From contig NC_059439.1 of NCBI RefSeq assembly GCF_021028975.2, positions 26,350,001 through 26,414,000 of the forward strand: 64,000 nt of DNA. Reading direction: 5' to 3'. Source of the stretch: Sphaerodactylus townsendi. Lineage: Eukaryota. A program made the position numbers and the translations under genes. Under the pieces are notes generated by a model. The model was not told where the DNA came from, searched no databases, and saw nothing but the letters and a program-made list of their open reading frames with translations. Below, one piece after another: positions 11,686-23,316 of this stretch; position 1 is the first letter of the stretch, and each line of letters starts with the position of its first letter.

Positions 11686-12001
11686 CTGCAAAAACAGAGC
11701 TCTCGCATTGATGTGCGCACAAGGTCAACTCGACTGTGGGGCCCTACCCCGCTCCAGTCCTCGGAGGTGACGCTGGAAAGTTTGAATGGAACCTGCGTTG
11801 AGTAGCATGTTCTGGGGGGAGCCATATCAGAGGAGAGTTTGGCCAGCAAGACCCTTCTGAAGCATCTTCCAGTTGGCCACTTGGAGAAACAGGATGTGGG
11901 ATGAGATGCACTTTTGGTCTACCTAGCAGGGCTCTCCTCCTGCATACAGGTACGCCCAGCCCCATCCCTTGCTCCTCTCTCTGGCCTCCTGAGTCTCTCA
12001 C

Positions 12002-12232
12002 CTTTCAGAATAGCCTGCAGCGAGGCTACCTCTTCTTGGCACTGGCGCCGGACAGCCTCCACGGCCTCATGCTTGGTGCTTTCGCTCACGGCAGCTACAG
12101 CCCGGACGGTTTCTACCTCGGTCAGCGCAGCTGCCAACTGGACCTGAAGGTTTCGGATCGTCTCTTCTGCATCAGGGTCTCTGTGGAGATCGGGGCCAGA
12201 GGCAGCACCCACCTCCTGCACCCGCTGTGGCT
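12002..12232 (-). CDS. RABEP2: RABEP2 exon 2 (...AVSESTKHEAVEAVRRQCQEEVASLQAILK)
   Basis: Closely matches RABEP2 VSESTKAEAVAAVQRQCQEEVASLQAILK; GTGAGA donor. Confidence 0.95.
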
Positions 12233-12459
12233 CTTGGAGCAGGAGGAGATATTAGGGAAGTTATAACTGGGCTGAATCTGAACTCAGGACCTCTAAATCT
12301 CCTCCTCCTCCTCCTCTTCCCTCTCTCCCTCCCCAGACTTTGATCCTATAACTCCTTTGGACCTTTAATTCCATACTGGGGGAAATACCCTAACCCTATC
12401 CGTGACCTCTGACCTCCCCTATTATTTGTGATGTCAAGCCCAGCTCTGCTCTCAAGGGG

Positions 12460-12920
12460 GCCCCAAGGGCGTGGCTTCCCGTCGCCCCGCCCTCTCTGTC
12501 TGCCCACGACGAGCGGGGCGGGGGGGGGGGGTCTCGCGCGTACCTTCCATTCTGCGGAGGCTTCTGCCGCTGCCGCCGCTCCTGGAGTCGGAATCGCCCG
12601 AGCGGAAGCGGAAATAGCCGAATGAACACGAGAACAATCGGCCAGAAAAAAAAAAAAGAGCGGCCGCAGCGTCGGGTGAGGACGGAAATATCCGAGTGGA
12701 GACTCTGGGGCGGCTCTTTCCGAAAGAGGCTACCGGACGTCTCGGGATCTTCCGGACGGTTCCGAAGGTAGCCGAAGTGGAACCGGGCGTAGCGAAGATG
12801 GACGGAGATGGCCCTAGATGGCGCTGCGGGGCGGGGCCAAGGGAGAGGCAATCTGTAGCGGCCGCGCACTCTATCCATGTTCAGAGGCAAGCCCGCAACC
12901 AGAACATTTTCACTTGGGCG
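12460..12920 (-). promoter_or_regulatory. RABEP2 CpG-island promoter
   Basis: CpG-rich; tandem ETS CGGAAGCGGAAA at 12603-12614; GC box; CTCF-like GGCCCTAGATGGCGC near 12810. Confidence 0.75.
12544..12550 (-). CDS. RABEP2: RABEP2 exon 1 coding part (ATG GAA G)
   Basis: AGAATGGAAG|GTACGC in the CpG island; phase 1 fits exon 2. Confidence 0.65.
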
Positions 12921-14451
12921 GGGGGGGGGGATGAATGAGTGCAGGGGTGGTCAACCCATCCTTACCTGTTTTCTTCATTATTATTATTATTTAATTGTGC
13001 TTTATTTTTTTATTTACCAATTTTGTACTTGAAACTCAAGGTGCATGCATGGCAAAAAGCAACGTCATTGAATAGCAGGAGGGATCTCATAAAGCAATGC
13101 AACAGAGCTGGGATTGCAAAAATTAGAAAAGTGCAAAAAAAGTTTCAAACATCCCAACACTCTCTCTCTCTCTCTCTCTCTCTCAATTAGGACCCTGTGT
13201 GTGTACAGATAGATAAATATGCGCTGATGTCCATGTTATAAACATAAACATTAATATTGTTCACTGCCGTTCCTAAAACACATGCTAAATATGCATTTTC
13301 CAATAACAGATATTTTATAGCTTAGTATTGATTGATTGATTGATTGATGGCAAGTCACAACACACACAGATTAGCACATGCTGGGGGGTAGGGGCTGGGC
13401 AATTGCCTGGGCCCTTTCTTGGGTCCTCATTGGCCCCCAGTACAAACTTATGAACTATGTGGCTGTTTGTGGGATTCCAGGAGGAAAAGGGAAGAGGAAA
13501 AAGTGCTGCGCTACAGATGCACCGTAAAAGCCCTATGGGATGAGGACTACAATAATGATGATAATTGGGGGGTGGGAGGGAAACCCTGGCTGGATCTAGC
13601 CCAGGGGTCTGCAACCTGTGGCTCTCCAGATGTTCATGGACTACAAATCCCATCAGCCCCTGCCAGCATGGCCATGCTGGCAGGGGCTGATGGGAATTGT
13701 AGTTCATGGACATCTGGAGAGCTGCAGGTTGCAGACCCCTGATCTAGCCAAACAGTAACTCTGCACAGAACTAAGCTGTGAAAATCTCAAGTTAATTTAG
13801 AAAACTCACCTCCTTTTCAGTTGTCCTGGCTTTGGAAGGGCGTCACTCTATTTGAGATTGTGCAGTGTATCATTTAACACCTTGTTTACGACTAGGGAGG
13901 TGGCTGGTTAGGAAGGGAGCATCCACAAGAACGGAAAGAGGCAAGGGATATCAGAGCATTAGAAATTATCTTGATCTAGGTTTCAAAAAACAATGCCAAT
14001 TTTTACATGCTGTCAAGTTTCCTGACTGTTTCAAGGCGACTAAATCATAAAAGTATCCTGCTACGTTTGCTCTTTCCAAGCTTGTTTATGGGAGTCTCAG
14101 TTTTCAAAATCCTAATTCGGGATACATTTGTAGCACTGAATCAGACAAAGATCTATGAACTCTAGAAGAGGAACTGAAAACCAACTTCACCCCTAGTTAG
14201 GAAATGAGGGATTTTCTGAATGCAGCCCAAAACCTCGGCCGCTTTTGAGCGGCTGGTGCCGTTGCACAAGTATTCACAAATGATGAGATTTTGGTCTGTT
14301 TGGCACTGTGGCTTTTAGTACCCTTGGCTTTTGAGTTTAGTTTGCAATATATAGAGAAGCCTCCCCTTCAAGCCCCTGTAGCCCACTCCTGCATTGACAG
14401 AGATCTTGCTGTTGTAAACAAAGGTACACACCAAGGTTGTGAGCAGGTGAA

Positions 14452-14457
14452 TTTATT
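14452..14457 (-). terminator. Putative polyadenylation signal of the I-domain gene
   Basis: AATAAA on minus strand about 155 nt after the stop at 14614. Confidence 0.6.
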
Positions 14458-14613
14458 GGTATCACAGGTGCATACATCGGCATTCCATCCCAAACCATGT
14501 AGGAGAGGATTTCATCGGCTGCCTTCTTCCATCCAGCTGGCTTGGAGCTTTCCTTCCCGTCAGCCATCTCCTGCTGTCGATCGTCTTACCAGCACCCACC
14601 GCTTGGCTCAGGA

Positions 14614-14774
14614 TCAGTGTTCACGCCCACATTTTTTGTTGGCCAGGGTGTCCAGTTTGGCACCGATTCTATCCAGGTCACTCAACACTTGCTCCAGTTT
14701 CCGTAGCACCTGTGGGTCCGGTGCGCAGGTACCAGGTGACTTGGGTGGAATGGGGGGCTGTGGAACCGCTGGGC
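14614..14774 (-). CDS. I-domain gene last exon: Pro-rich linker plus Cys-flanked coiled coil (GPAVPQPPIPPKSPGTCAPDPQVLRKLEQVLSDLDRIGAKLDTLANKKCGREH*)
   Basis: Acceptor TTCTTCTCTGTGCCCTTTCTAG; phase 1 fits the preceding exon; regular 4-3 hydrophobic repeat; polyA signal downstream. Confidence 0.75.
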
Positions 14775-14834
14775 CTAGAAAGGGCACAGAGAAGAAACTC
14801 ACATCAGTGCAACCACATCCTTGATCCAGCAAAA

Positions 14835-15776
14835 TCAGTGTATTTCTATAGTAATCAGGCAATCATGAAATGGCGCTGACTTGTTCCCCTTCGGGCTGTC
14901 CCTTACTAGTTGTTTTCAGGATGAGTGCGAATGGCTCCTCAGCCAATACGCCCCTACACCCCTCAGTTTGGACCTTCTACCGTTGGGAGAAGAGTCGAGT
15001 TCCTCCGGCCGGGAGAAACTATTGTTTGGGATCAGTTCTCTGGAGCTCGTTCAGAGACGTCCGTCAGCCGCCATTCCTTAACCGCCATTCATTATCTTTC
15101 TATATTTTTTTCTTTCTCTTTTTCTTTTCCTCTCCCCCCCCCCTTTTTTTCTTCTTCTTTATAATAAGTTAAGAAATGTTCAAGAAACTAAAGGATGACC
15201 CTTCGGGGTTTGAATATACTATATGTAAACAACCAGGGGGCATCCATTGAAAATGCTGGGGGGAAGAATTAGGACTAATAAAAGGACACACTTCTTCACG
15301 CAACGTGTGATTGGTGTTTGGAATATGCTGCCACAGGAGGTGGTGATGGCCACTAACCTGGATAGCTTTAAAAGGGGCTTGGACAGATTTATGGAGGAGA
15401 AGTCGATTTATGGCTACCAATCTTGATCCTCTTTGATCTGAGATTGCAAATGCCTTAACAGTCCAGGTGCTTGGGAGCAACAGCCGCAGAAGGCCATTGC
15501 TTTCACATCCTGCATGTGAGCTCCCAAAGGCACCTGGTGGGCCACTGCGAGTAGCAGAGAGCTGGACTAGATGGACTCTGGTCTGATCCAGCTGGCTTGT
15601 TCTTATGTTCTTATGTGCTATGTAGGAATGAGACATACAGTATCATAGCACTAGATTTGCTTGCCAATTTAATGTACGACAAGGGCATGCTTGTTCATAC
15701 CCTACTATGTTCTTAGTGTGTTTATTTTTGTTTGTCTATGTCTCTTTTTGCATTTTAAACAATAAAACATTTATTA
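14835..15776. mobile_element. Retroelement-like insertion with nested CR1 fragment (about 15233-15613)
   Basis: Flanked by 15-bp direct repeat CTTGATCCAGCAAAA (14820-14834, 15777-15791); AATAAA near the right end. Confidence 0.6.
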
Positions 15777-16607
15777 CTTGATCCAGCAAAACCAGAAGTG
15801 GCAGAACAGAGTATTTCCACCGGATGACCACTGATGCTAGTGTTGGGGGTAACCAAAAGGATCTTACCATTGGAACGCCTTCCTTTTGGGGAAAGCCTGT
15901 AGTGTTCTTTGTTCTTAAGTCAGTGGGGGACGGGGACATGATAAAAGCTGGAGATAATGGAGAAAGCCGGAACGAGTGGAAAGAAAGAATTGTTTCTCCC
16001 TAGCCCATAATCTGAACTACTCTCAATTTTGGCAAGGCATTGAGACAAGCGGTAGATTCAGGAGAGACAAAAAGGAAACACTGCTGCTAGTGTTTTAATG
16101 TTTAATTTATTTATTGTTTTAACTGAAACTATTTGTTGTATTCAAATGTTGATTGGTTTGTGAACCGCCCTGAGCCCTTCAGGGGTAGGGCAGTCTATTA
16201 AATTTAATAAATAATAATTATTATTATTAATTACTCATTCAGAAACCTTTATTAGGCATATACAACATGGGGGGGGGGGGAGGAAAGAGTAAATTCAACA
16301 GAGAACAGTGAAAATAGTGTGAACAGAAGCCAAGGGAACCTAGTTCGAAGTGCGTTATCAGTTTTTTATACCCTGCTTTTCTTCCCAATAGGATCTCAAA
16401 GCAGTTTGCAATCTTGCTCTCGCCTCCTTCATTGTGTCCTCACAAAAATCTGTGAGGTAGGTTAGGTTGAGAGAAAGTGGCTGCCGCAGGGTTACCCAAT
16501 GAATTGCCATGGCTGAGTGGGGATTAAAAACTGGGTCTCCCAGATTCCAGACTCATACACTTCACCACTACACCACACTGGCTGTCCTTCAAAAGAAACC
16601 ATACAAC

Positions 16608-17182
16608 CAGGGGTGGGATCCAAACATTTTAGTAACAGGTTCCCTTGGTGGTGGGATTCAAACAGTGGTGTAGCGCCAATGGGGCTGGGCGGAGCACAAG
16701 GGGGGCGTGGCCAGGAATTCCAGGGGCGGGGCATTAATAATTTCTCTGTTACTGTAAAAAACTCTTACTGTAAAAGAAAAGTTCCTAATTTCCAGCTGCT
16801 ATCTTTCTGTCCATAATTTAAACTCATTATAGCAAGTCCTATCGTCTACTGCCAACAGAAACAACTACTTCTCCTCTAATTGACTTTTCAAATACTTAAT
16901 TTTGTTTCTAGAAATCAAAAGAAGGAGACTTTCCTTAAACAAGGGACTTTACCATATTTCCAAAACATGTTTTTAAAACAGCCCAACAGGGAGAATTATC
17001 CCGTTTTCTACCTTCGCTAACCAGCCACATCGGAAACAACAGGACTTTATGATTTTTGGACCTAATGGAATTTCTAACGGAAAAGCAGACCCAATTAGTA
17101 ACCCCCCCCCCCCCTTGGCACACACAAATAATTAGTAACCCCCTCTCGGGAACTAGTGAGAACCTGCTGGATCCCACCTCTG
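16608..17182. mobile_element. Non-autonomous hAT element
   Basis: TIRs; TSD CATACA(A/G)C. Confidence 0.9.
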
Positions 17183-17496
17183 CATACAGCATATAATTAA
17201 TGTATATAATTCACTGCCTCTAGATGTGATGCGTGCCTCATGGATCTCCAAGCAGGGCACCAAATGACCCGCCTCTTTAAGCACAGAAAATCCTATTTTG
17301 CCTGCCACCCCAGGGCTTCTGCTATTGCACCAGGCAGGCATAGATCACAATACTTTGTCAGCTATGGTTGCTGCTGAAAACTTTTGATCTGGGAGGGGGA
17401 AGGGAAATAAATTATACAGTGGCATTTAAAAAGCCACCCGCTTCTAACTTCTAGATATAGAATCTCCCACCGTACCTCTCTCGCCGGTCACTGTAC

Positions 17497-17647
17497 CACG
17501 TCTGGAACAAATTTTCTCTTGCAGTTGGCGAGCGGTGTCCTGGAGGTCTGTGAAGTGACGCGCGTGCAGTATGTGCTGCGTGGCAGGACGGGAGGCCATG
17601 GCGTTGAGCTCCTGTACTGCAGTCGTGCTTATGAAGCCCAGCCCAAC
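17497..17647 (-). CDS. Integrin alphaM/X-type I domain exon D (VGLGFISTTAVQELNAMASRPATQHILHARHFTDLQDTARQLQEKICSRR)
   Basis: Aligns with alphaM VGDAF...QELNTIASKP...QLREKIF; 151 nt, phase 0 to 1. Confidence 0.9.
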
Positions 17648-19021
17648 CTTCCAAAGAGAAACACAATCAATAAGAGGCACCAAACTGTTCCTTAGAGAGC
17701 TACCAGCCTTGGAAGGACTAGCTCAGGGGTAGGGAACCTGCGGCTCTCCAGATGGCCATGCTGACAGAGGCTGATGGGAAGTGTAGTTCCTGAACATCTG
17801 GAGAGCCGCAGGTTCCCTACCCCTGGACTAGCTTAAGGACTAGACTATCTTAGGCTGATTCCGCATGGGCCAAAAACAGCAGTGTGAAAATGGTGTAAAA
17901 GGATTTAAAATGGTGTAAAAGGGTTTATACTGTTTTAACACCATTTTCACATCGCTGTTTTTGGCCCGTGCGGAATCAGCCTTATGCATGCACTACTTAC
18001 CATGCAGCTATTTGCTTTGCAATGTGGTTTCTCGCAGTTTCTTGTTTGCGCTGGGATTCTCCCCGTGAACTGCCCCTAACCAAGCCGAGCCATCATTTTG
18101 CCCCCCGCCCCTCACCCACTTCCATGTTGTTTCCGTGCAACCTCCATTTGGGGAGGTTGCCTGCCGCTTTCCCCCGCTACCGTCTTTGGTCTAGCAGCCT
18201 AGTGTTAGTTTACGAGGGCACGTCAATTTCTTGTCAATTTCACTGGGTCTATCATTCCGAGGATAGACCCTCAGCATGAAAATAAAAAGAAAGAAAGCCC
18301 TTCTAATCCTTCTGAAAGGGTGGCCTGAAAAGAGAGGAAGGAACCTGTGCAGGACCTGCTACTACTGAGCATGCACAGAGAGCAAAGGTACGCCAGCAGT
18401 GGCCTAGGAGGTTAAGAGCTCGTGTATCTAACCTGAAAGAACTGGGTTTGATTCTCCACTCTGCCACCTGAGCTGTGGAGGATTATCTGGGGAATTAGCC
18501 TGTACACTCCCACACACGCCAGCTGGGTGACCTTGGGCTACTCACAGCTTCTCGGAGCTCTCTCAGCCCCACCCACCTCACAGGGTGTTTGTTGTGAGGG
18601 GGGAAGGACAAGGAGATTGTAAGCCCCTTTGAGTCTCCTGCAGGAGAGAAAGGGGGGATATAAATTCAAACTCTTCTTCTTCTTCTTTGCACATGGGCTG
18701 AGATAGGAGAAGGATGGCACAGCTAGATGGTTCAAAGAGAATCCTTCTAGAGCTCTGAGTAGTTGGTCCAGTTTCTTATGGCTGGATCCATCCTGTTGCT
18801 TGCCTTCCATGTGCTGTCCTAGGCTTCCTTGGAACTCTGCCCCCCACCCTGACTCTGATTTTGGTGAGATCATAATTGTTCCTGACAGGTGACAACGTGG
18901 AAAAGCAACCTGATGCATGACTGCTGCTCAATAGATCCCTATTCAATTCATCACTTTTCCGAGACATCTCCATTCTTATGTCTCTGTGGCCCCTTCCGCA
19001 CATGCAGAATAATGCACTTTC

Positions 19022-19455
19022 AATCCCCATATTGCCCCGGTAGGCCCCTCCGCTCCACGGAGGAGGACCTACTCGTGATCCCTGGCCCAAAAATGATCAG
19101 GCTGGCCTTGACGAGAGGCAGGGCCTTTTCAGCCCTGGCCCCTACCTGGTGGAACAGACTCCCTAGGGAGATCAGGGCCCTGCGGGACTTACAGAGTTTC
19201 CGCAGGGCCTGCAAGACGGACCTGTTCCGCCAGGCGTTTGGCCAGCCTGGTTAAAAATATATCTACTGTGTCATCTGGCCACCCATGGGCACAAAAGGGC
19301 GGAGGGGAGTAGCCAGACGCCATCCACATTTTTAAATGGGTTGTGTTTTTAAGTAACTGATATTTAAATTATGTTTTAATGTATGTGTTAACCTTGTTGT
19401 GAACCGCCCTGAGCCCTTAGGGGGAGGGTGGTATATAAAACAAATAAATAAAATA
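19022..19455 (+). mobile_element. L2 LINE 3' fragment nested in a Harbinger-like MITE
   Basis: ORF2 C-terminus RAFSALAPTWWNRLP...FRRACKTDLF; tail GTGAACCGCCCTGAGCC...(AAAT)n. Confidence 0.8.
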
Positions 19456-19756
19456 AATCTACTTTCAATGCACTTTGCAGCTGGATTTTACTGTGCGGAA
19501 TAGCAAGATCCACTTGCAAACCATTGTGAAGGTGGATTGAAAGTGCATTATTCTGCACGTGCGGAAGAGGCCTGAGTGGCGACACCCTGGAGACTCTTCC
19601 CCCCCCCCCCCCGTCTTCATCTCCACGCCAAGAAGTTGGGACCTCAAAGCCGCATATTCTAGACAAAATCTGCCGTCGTCAAATTGCACTCCAAAGATCC
19701 TGCCTTGTGGTGAAAGAAGGGAATTGGATGGGGAAGAAGAGATAGCTGGGCCTCAC

Positions 19757-19910
19757 CCCAACTGCAAAGCGCACGACTCCAGCTCTCTCTGCTGCTTCGA
19801 CAACCTCTGCGTAGTCTAAGGGGTCCCCAGTTTTCAGCCCATCTGTCACTATCACCAGAATCTTGGTGGCTGTGTTGCGGGCGCCTCTGTGAGGAACGAG
19901 CAGATCTCTT
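19757..19910 (-). CDS. I domain exon C (RDLLVPHRGARNTATKILVIVTDGLKTGDPLDYAEVVEAAERAGVVRFAVG)
   Basis: Aligns with alphaM GARKNAFKILVVITDGEKFGDPLGY; MIDAS Asp in TDG; 154 nt, phase 2 to 0. Confidence 0.95.
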
Positions 19911-20137
19911 CTAAACAGGAGAGAAGAGAGGAATACGGTATGAAGAGATCCAGAAACGCCCATTAATGTTACCAACTTTTAAACTGGGAACGGCACCGCC
20001 GGGGGTCCTGAGGCAAAACGTTTCCCCATTGCTGCATCTTTGCAGCAGCCCGTGATGAACTCCTGCCCCACCAGAAGAGGAAGAGGAGCAGGCCACTGTA
20101 CAGGAGGAGAAGGCGAAAACAGAGCAAGGTTACCCAC

Positions 20138-20283
20138 GTGGCATGCCGGATGGCAGACGCTGTGTGTGTGGTGCCTCCCAGCTGTTTAACCTGGCTGAGC
20201 AGGTGATCCGGGTCGGGATTTCTCTGGAAATGCTTGAAGTCAAAATGCTCCTGAAAACGGCTTGAATACTGCAGGAGGGAGAA
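20138..20283 (-). CDS. I domain exon B (FSLLQYSSRFQEHFDFKHFQRNPDPDHLLSQVKQLGGTTHTASAIRHAT)
   Basis: Aligns with alphaM FSLMQYSEEFRIHFTFKEFQNNPNP...THTATGI; MIDAS Thr; 146 nt, phase 0 to 2. Confidence 0.95.
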
Positions 20284-21126
20284 CTGGAGAGGATGGGGAG
20301 AAATTAGCGGGAAGGGAGAGACCTTTAACTGAGTATCTACCTTGCTTGAATCAGCTTGTTGTGTAATCCACCTGAAGTCTCAGGCCCCTTCCGCACCCGC
20401 AAAATAATGCGTTTTCAAACCACTTTCACAACTGTTTGCAAGTGGATTTTGCTATTCCGCCCAGCTTCAGAGAGCACTGAAAGCAGTTTGAAAGTGCATT
20501 ATTCTGCATGTGCGGAATGAGCCTCAGTGGGAAAGGTGGGCTACAAAATAAACCTGGGAAGTTTTTGCAATTTTGAATTGGCTTCCAGCGCACGGCCCTA
20601 CAGTTAAGTTGCCTAGCCATCATTTCCCTTGTGAAGTTCTAAGCCTATACAGTTATAAGGGAACTTGATGAACAACTGAATAGCAGTGTTATTATTCAAG
20701 TTTCCTTTGTTTTCCTTTTTATATTTCTGGTTTCTGTTTTGAATTTTATTGACTCGTTCCTAGTTCTGTTTTTGTTCCTGTGGGGAGGCTTGATCAAAGG
20801 TGCCCCCCCCCCCCCGGTGGATGTAAAATAATAGCTGGGTAGTGTTCTGACATATAATAGCACCCACCTCAAGGCCGTGGAAACCAAACTGGACTGGTCA
20901 CATCTTTTGGAGGGAGGGAATTATGCGAATAAGTTAGCAATGTAAGCTTTCTTCTGTCCAGCAACTAAATATTTTGGGCATACCATAATTTCTTTTTTTA
21001 AAAGACTATTACTAATTTAAACGGCATCACGGTGGCTAATGTTGCACTTTGACCTGAAGTCCAACCTGTTTCAAAACCTTGGCAATAAGTAAGAACCGAG
21101 CACACCTTCTACCCCATTGCTAGTAC

Positions 21127-21254
21127 CTGTGTATTGTTGGGAAAGCTTTTCATGGTGTGTGTAACAAAGTTCTTCAGATGCATGAATTCTGAGGATCGCA
21201 TGCTGCTTGAACCATCGATCACAAAGATGATATCTCGGGCATCATTTGGACACC
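21127..21254 (-). CDS. I domain exon A (CPNDARDIIFVIDGSSSMRSSEFMHLKNFVTHTMKSFPNNTQ)
   Basis: DxSxS MIDAS motif (DGSSS); aligns with alphaM CPQEDSDIAFLIDGSGSI; phase 1 to 0. Confidence 0.95.
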
Positions 21255-22149
21255 CTACAAGGAAACAGAGCAGAGAAGATCTTTCAAAAGCAAAACCATT
21301 CCCTTCATTCATAAGACTGGCCTGCATCCTATGCAGGGACGTCCAACTGTGGCCCTCAGATATTCATGGACTACAATTCCCAGCAGCCTCTGGGGCAGAT
21401 GGGAATCGTAGTCCACGAACATCAGGAGGCCCACAGTTGGACGCGCCTGCATAGGCCATTGAGTGACTGTAGCCTAGTGGTTCGGCGCATGGTTTGGATC
21501 CTGAGGGTCCTAGTTTCAATCTTAGGCACATCCTAGTTTCAAGCTTAGGCACATCCTAGTTTCAATCTTTGGCGCATCTAGTTAAACTATTTATTAGACT
21601 GGCAAATAACCTCAATGTGACAGTGCCACGGGATTTAATTTAAACTAGGGTTGGTAATTTTTGTTCCTTGGCGGATTTAGGCAAATCTCCCCATCGCTAA
21701 ACTCCCCGTCAGGAAAAGCTTCATTTGTTATTCTCACAGACCTTAATGACAGAGGAGCCCCATTGCCAACCCTTTGGCAACTTTGGCTCACCTGCACTAC
21801 CTGTTTTCAGTGCCACAACCTATGCCCGGAAGAGTCAAAAGAGGAATGTTCTGAGTGTCTTTTTAATCCACCAAACCTATTCCTGAAGTTAACAGTCCAT
21901 GAATGCTTAAACACACGTTTAAATAGCATTTGAACCTGGCCATGGATCTTTCAAGGTTTCTTCTAGTGATGAAGGAATCACCAGTTTCCTTGAAGCCCCG
22001 TTTAAGAGCTTGCCAGCTTTACCAAAGGAGGAGGGTTGGATGAGCTGTTAATGAAAGATGCAACAGTGGTTATTCTCCACCGTTTCTATAACCCGCAATC
22101 CTAAATTAAACACCTGTGCCTTTCGTCATTATTTTGTCTGGAATCCATT

Positions 22150-22537
22150 CCCTATGAGGGGAGCTGGGTATGTTTAGTTTGATGAAGAGAAGGTTAAGAG
22201 GTGACATGGTAACCATGTTTAGATATTTGAAGGGATGTCATGTTGGTGAGGGAGCAAGCTTGTTTTCTGCTGCTCCAGAGACTGGGACCAGGAGTCATGG
22301 GTTCAAGGTGAAGGAAAAGAGATTCCACTTAAACATTAGGAAGAACTTTCTGATTGTCAGGGCTGTTTGACAGTGGAATTCACTGCCTCAGAGTGTGGTG
22401 GAGTCTCCTTCTTTGGAGGTTTTAAACAAAGGCTGGATGGCCATCTGTCAGGAGTGCTTTGATTCTGTGTTCCTGCATTGCAGGGGATTGGACTTGATGG
22501 CCCTTGGGATCTCTTCCAACTCTATGATTCTATGATT
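22150..22537 (+). mobile_element. CR1 LINE 3' fragment
   Basis: FSLMKRRLRGDM...FHLNIRKNF; (TTCTATGA)n tail. Confidence 0.9.
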
Positions 22538-22617
22538 AAAACTTTTCTCCCAAATTCCCTTCATTGGAACACGTAACACTCCATCCCATCCAACCTTTCC
22601 CCAAACCCTTTGCTTAC

Positions 22618-22695
22618 GTCCTTTCTCCTTGTTTCCTTGTGGGAGTTCTGGCCCAGCTAAAGCATCCGAGAGATCAAAACCATCATCAACAGACT
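22618..22695 (-). CDS. I-domain gene exon 2: acidic CD99-like peptide (ESVDDGFDLSDALAGPELPQGNKEKG)
   Basis: Acceptor TTTCCCCTCTCACAG, donor GTAAGC; symmetric phase 1-1, joins signal exon to I domain in frame. Confidence 0.75.
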
Positions 22696-22924
22696 CTGTG
22701 AGAGGGGAAAATGGGGTGAGAAGGGGCCAAGAACATCAATGGGCCACAGACAGAAACACAACTTACCATAACATGGCTCTGAAGATTTCAGCTTTAGATA
22801 CAGGTGAAATGTTTAGAAGCAAAACTACCGGATCGTGGCCACACAGCCCAGAAAACCCACAATGCTCAGTGTTTGTTCGATGCTTTAAGACATACTAGAT
22901 ACATGAAAAGATACAACTGATATA

Positions 22925-23316
22925 CAGTGGTGGGATCCAAAAATTTTAGTAACAGGTTCCCATGGTGGTTGGATTCAAACTGTGGTGTAGCGCCAATGGG
23001 GCTGGGTGGGGCACGACGGGGGCGTGGCCGGGCATTCCGGGGGTGGGGCATTCCTGGGCGGGGCTGTGGCAAGGATGCAGCTGCTGCGCCGGTCCTTGGG
23101 CGGGAAACGAATGCCCACAGGCACAGGCTGCCACGCACGCCAGTGCACCTCCTGCTAGACTGCTTCAAGTTCTGCGCGCTACTGCTGAGAGGAGGGGCAT
23201 AACTAAGGCAAAAATCACGTGGCAAAATCACCAATTAGTAACCCCCTCTCGGCACACACAAATAATTAGTAACCTACTCTCGGGAACCTGTGAGAACCTG
23301 CTGGATCCCACCTCTG
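22925..23316. mobile_element. Non-autonomous hAT element inside a ~30-bp tandem repeat
   Basis: TIRs; TSD CTGATATA. Confidence 0.9.

Noticed and set aside
17497-21254. Calling the I-domain exons ITGAM/ITGAX or an integrin pseudogene
   Set aside because: No propeller, leg or TM exons between the flanking genes; the frame is intact and has its own signal and terminal exons
14614-21254. Calling the gene a matrilin
   Set aside because: The architecture is similar but the domain sequence is leukocyte-integrin-like and there are no EGF repeats
21790-22045. Possible extra micro-exons in intron 2 of the I-domain gene
   Set aside because: Tested combinations gave stops or phase mismatch; exon 2 joins exon 3 in frame without them
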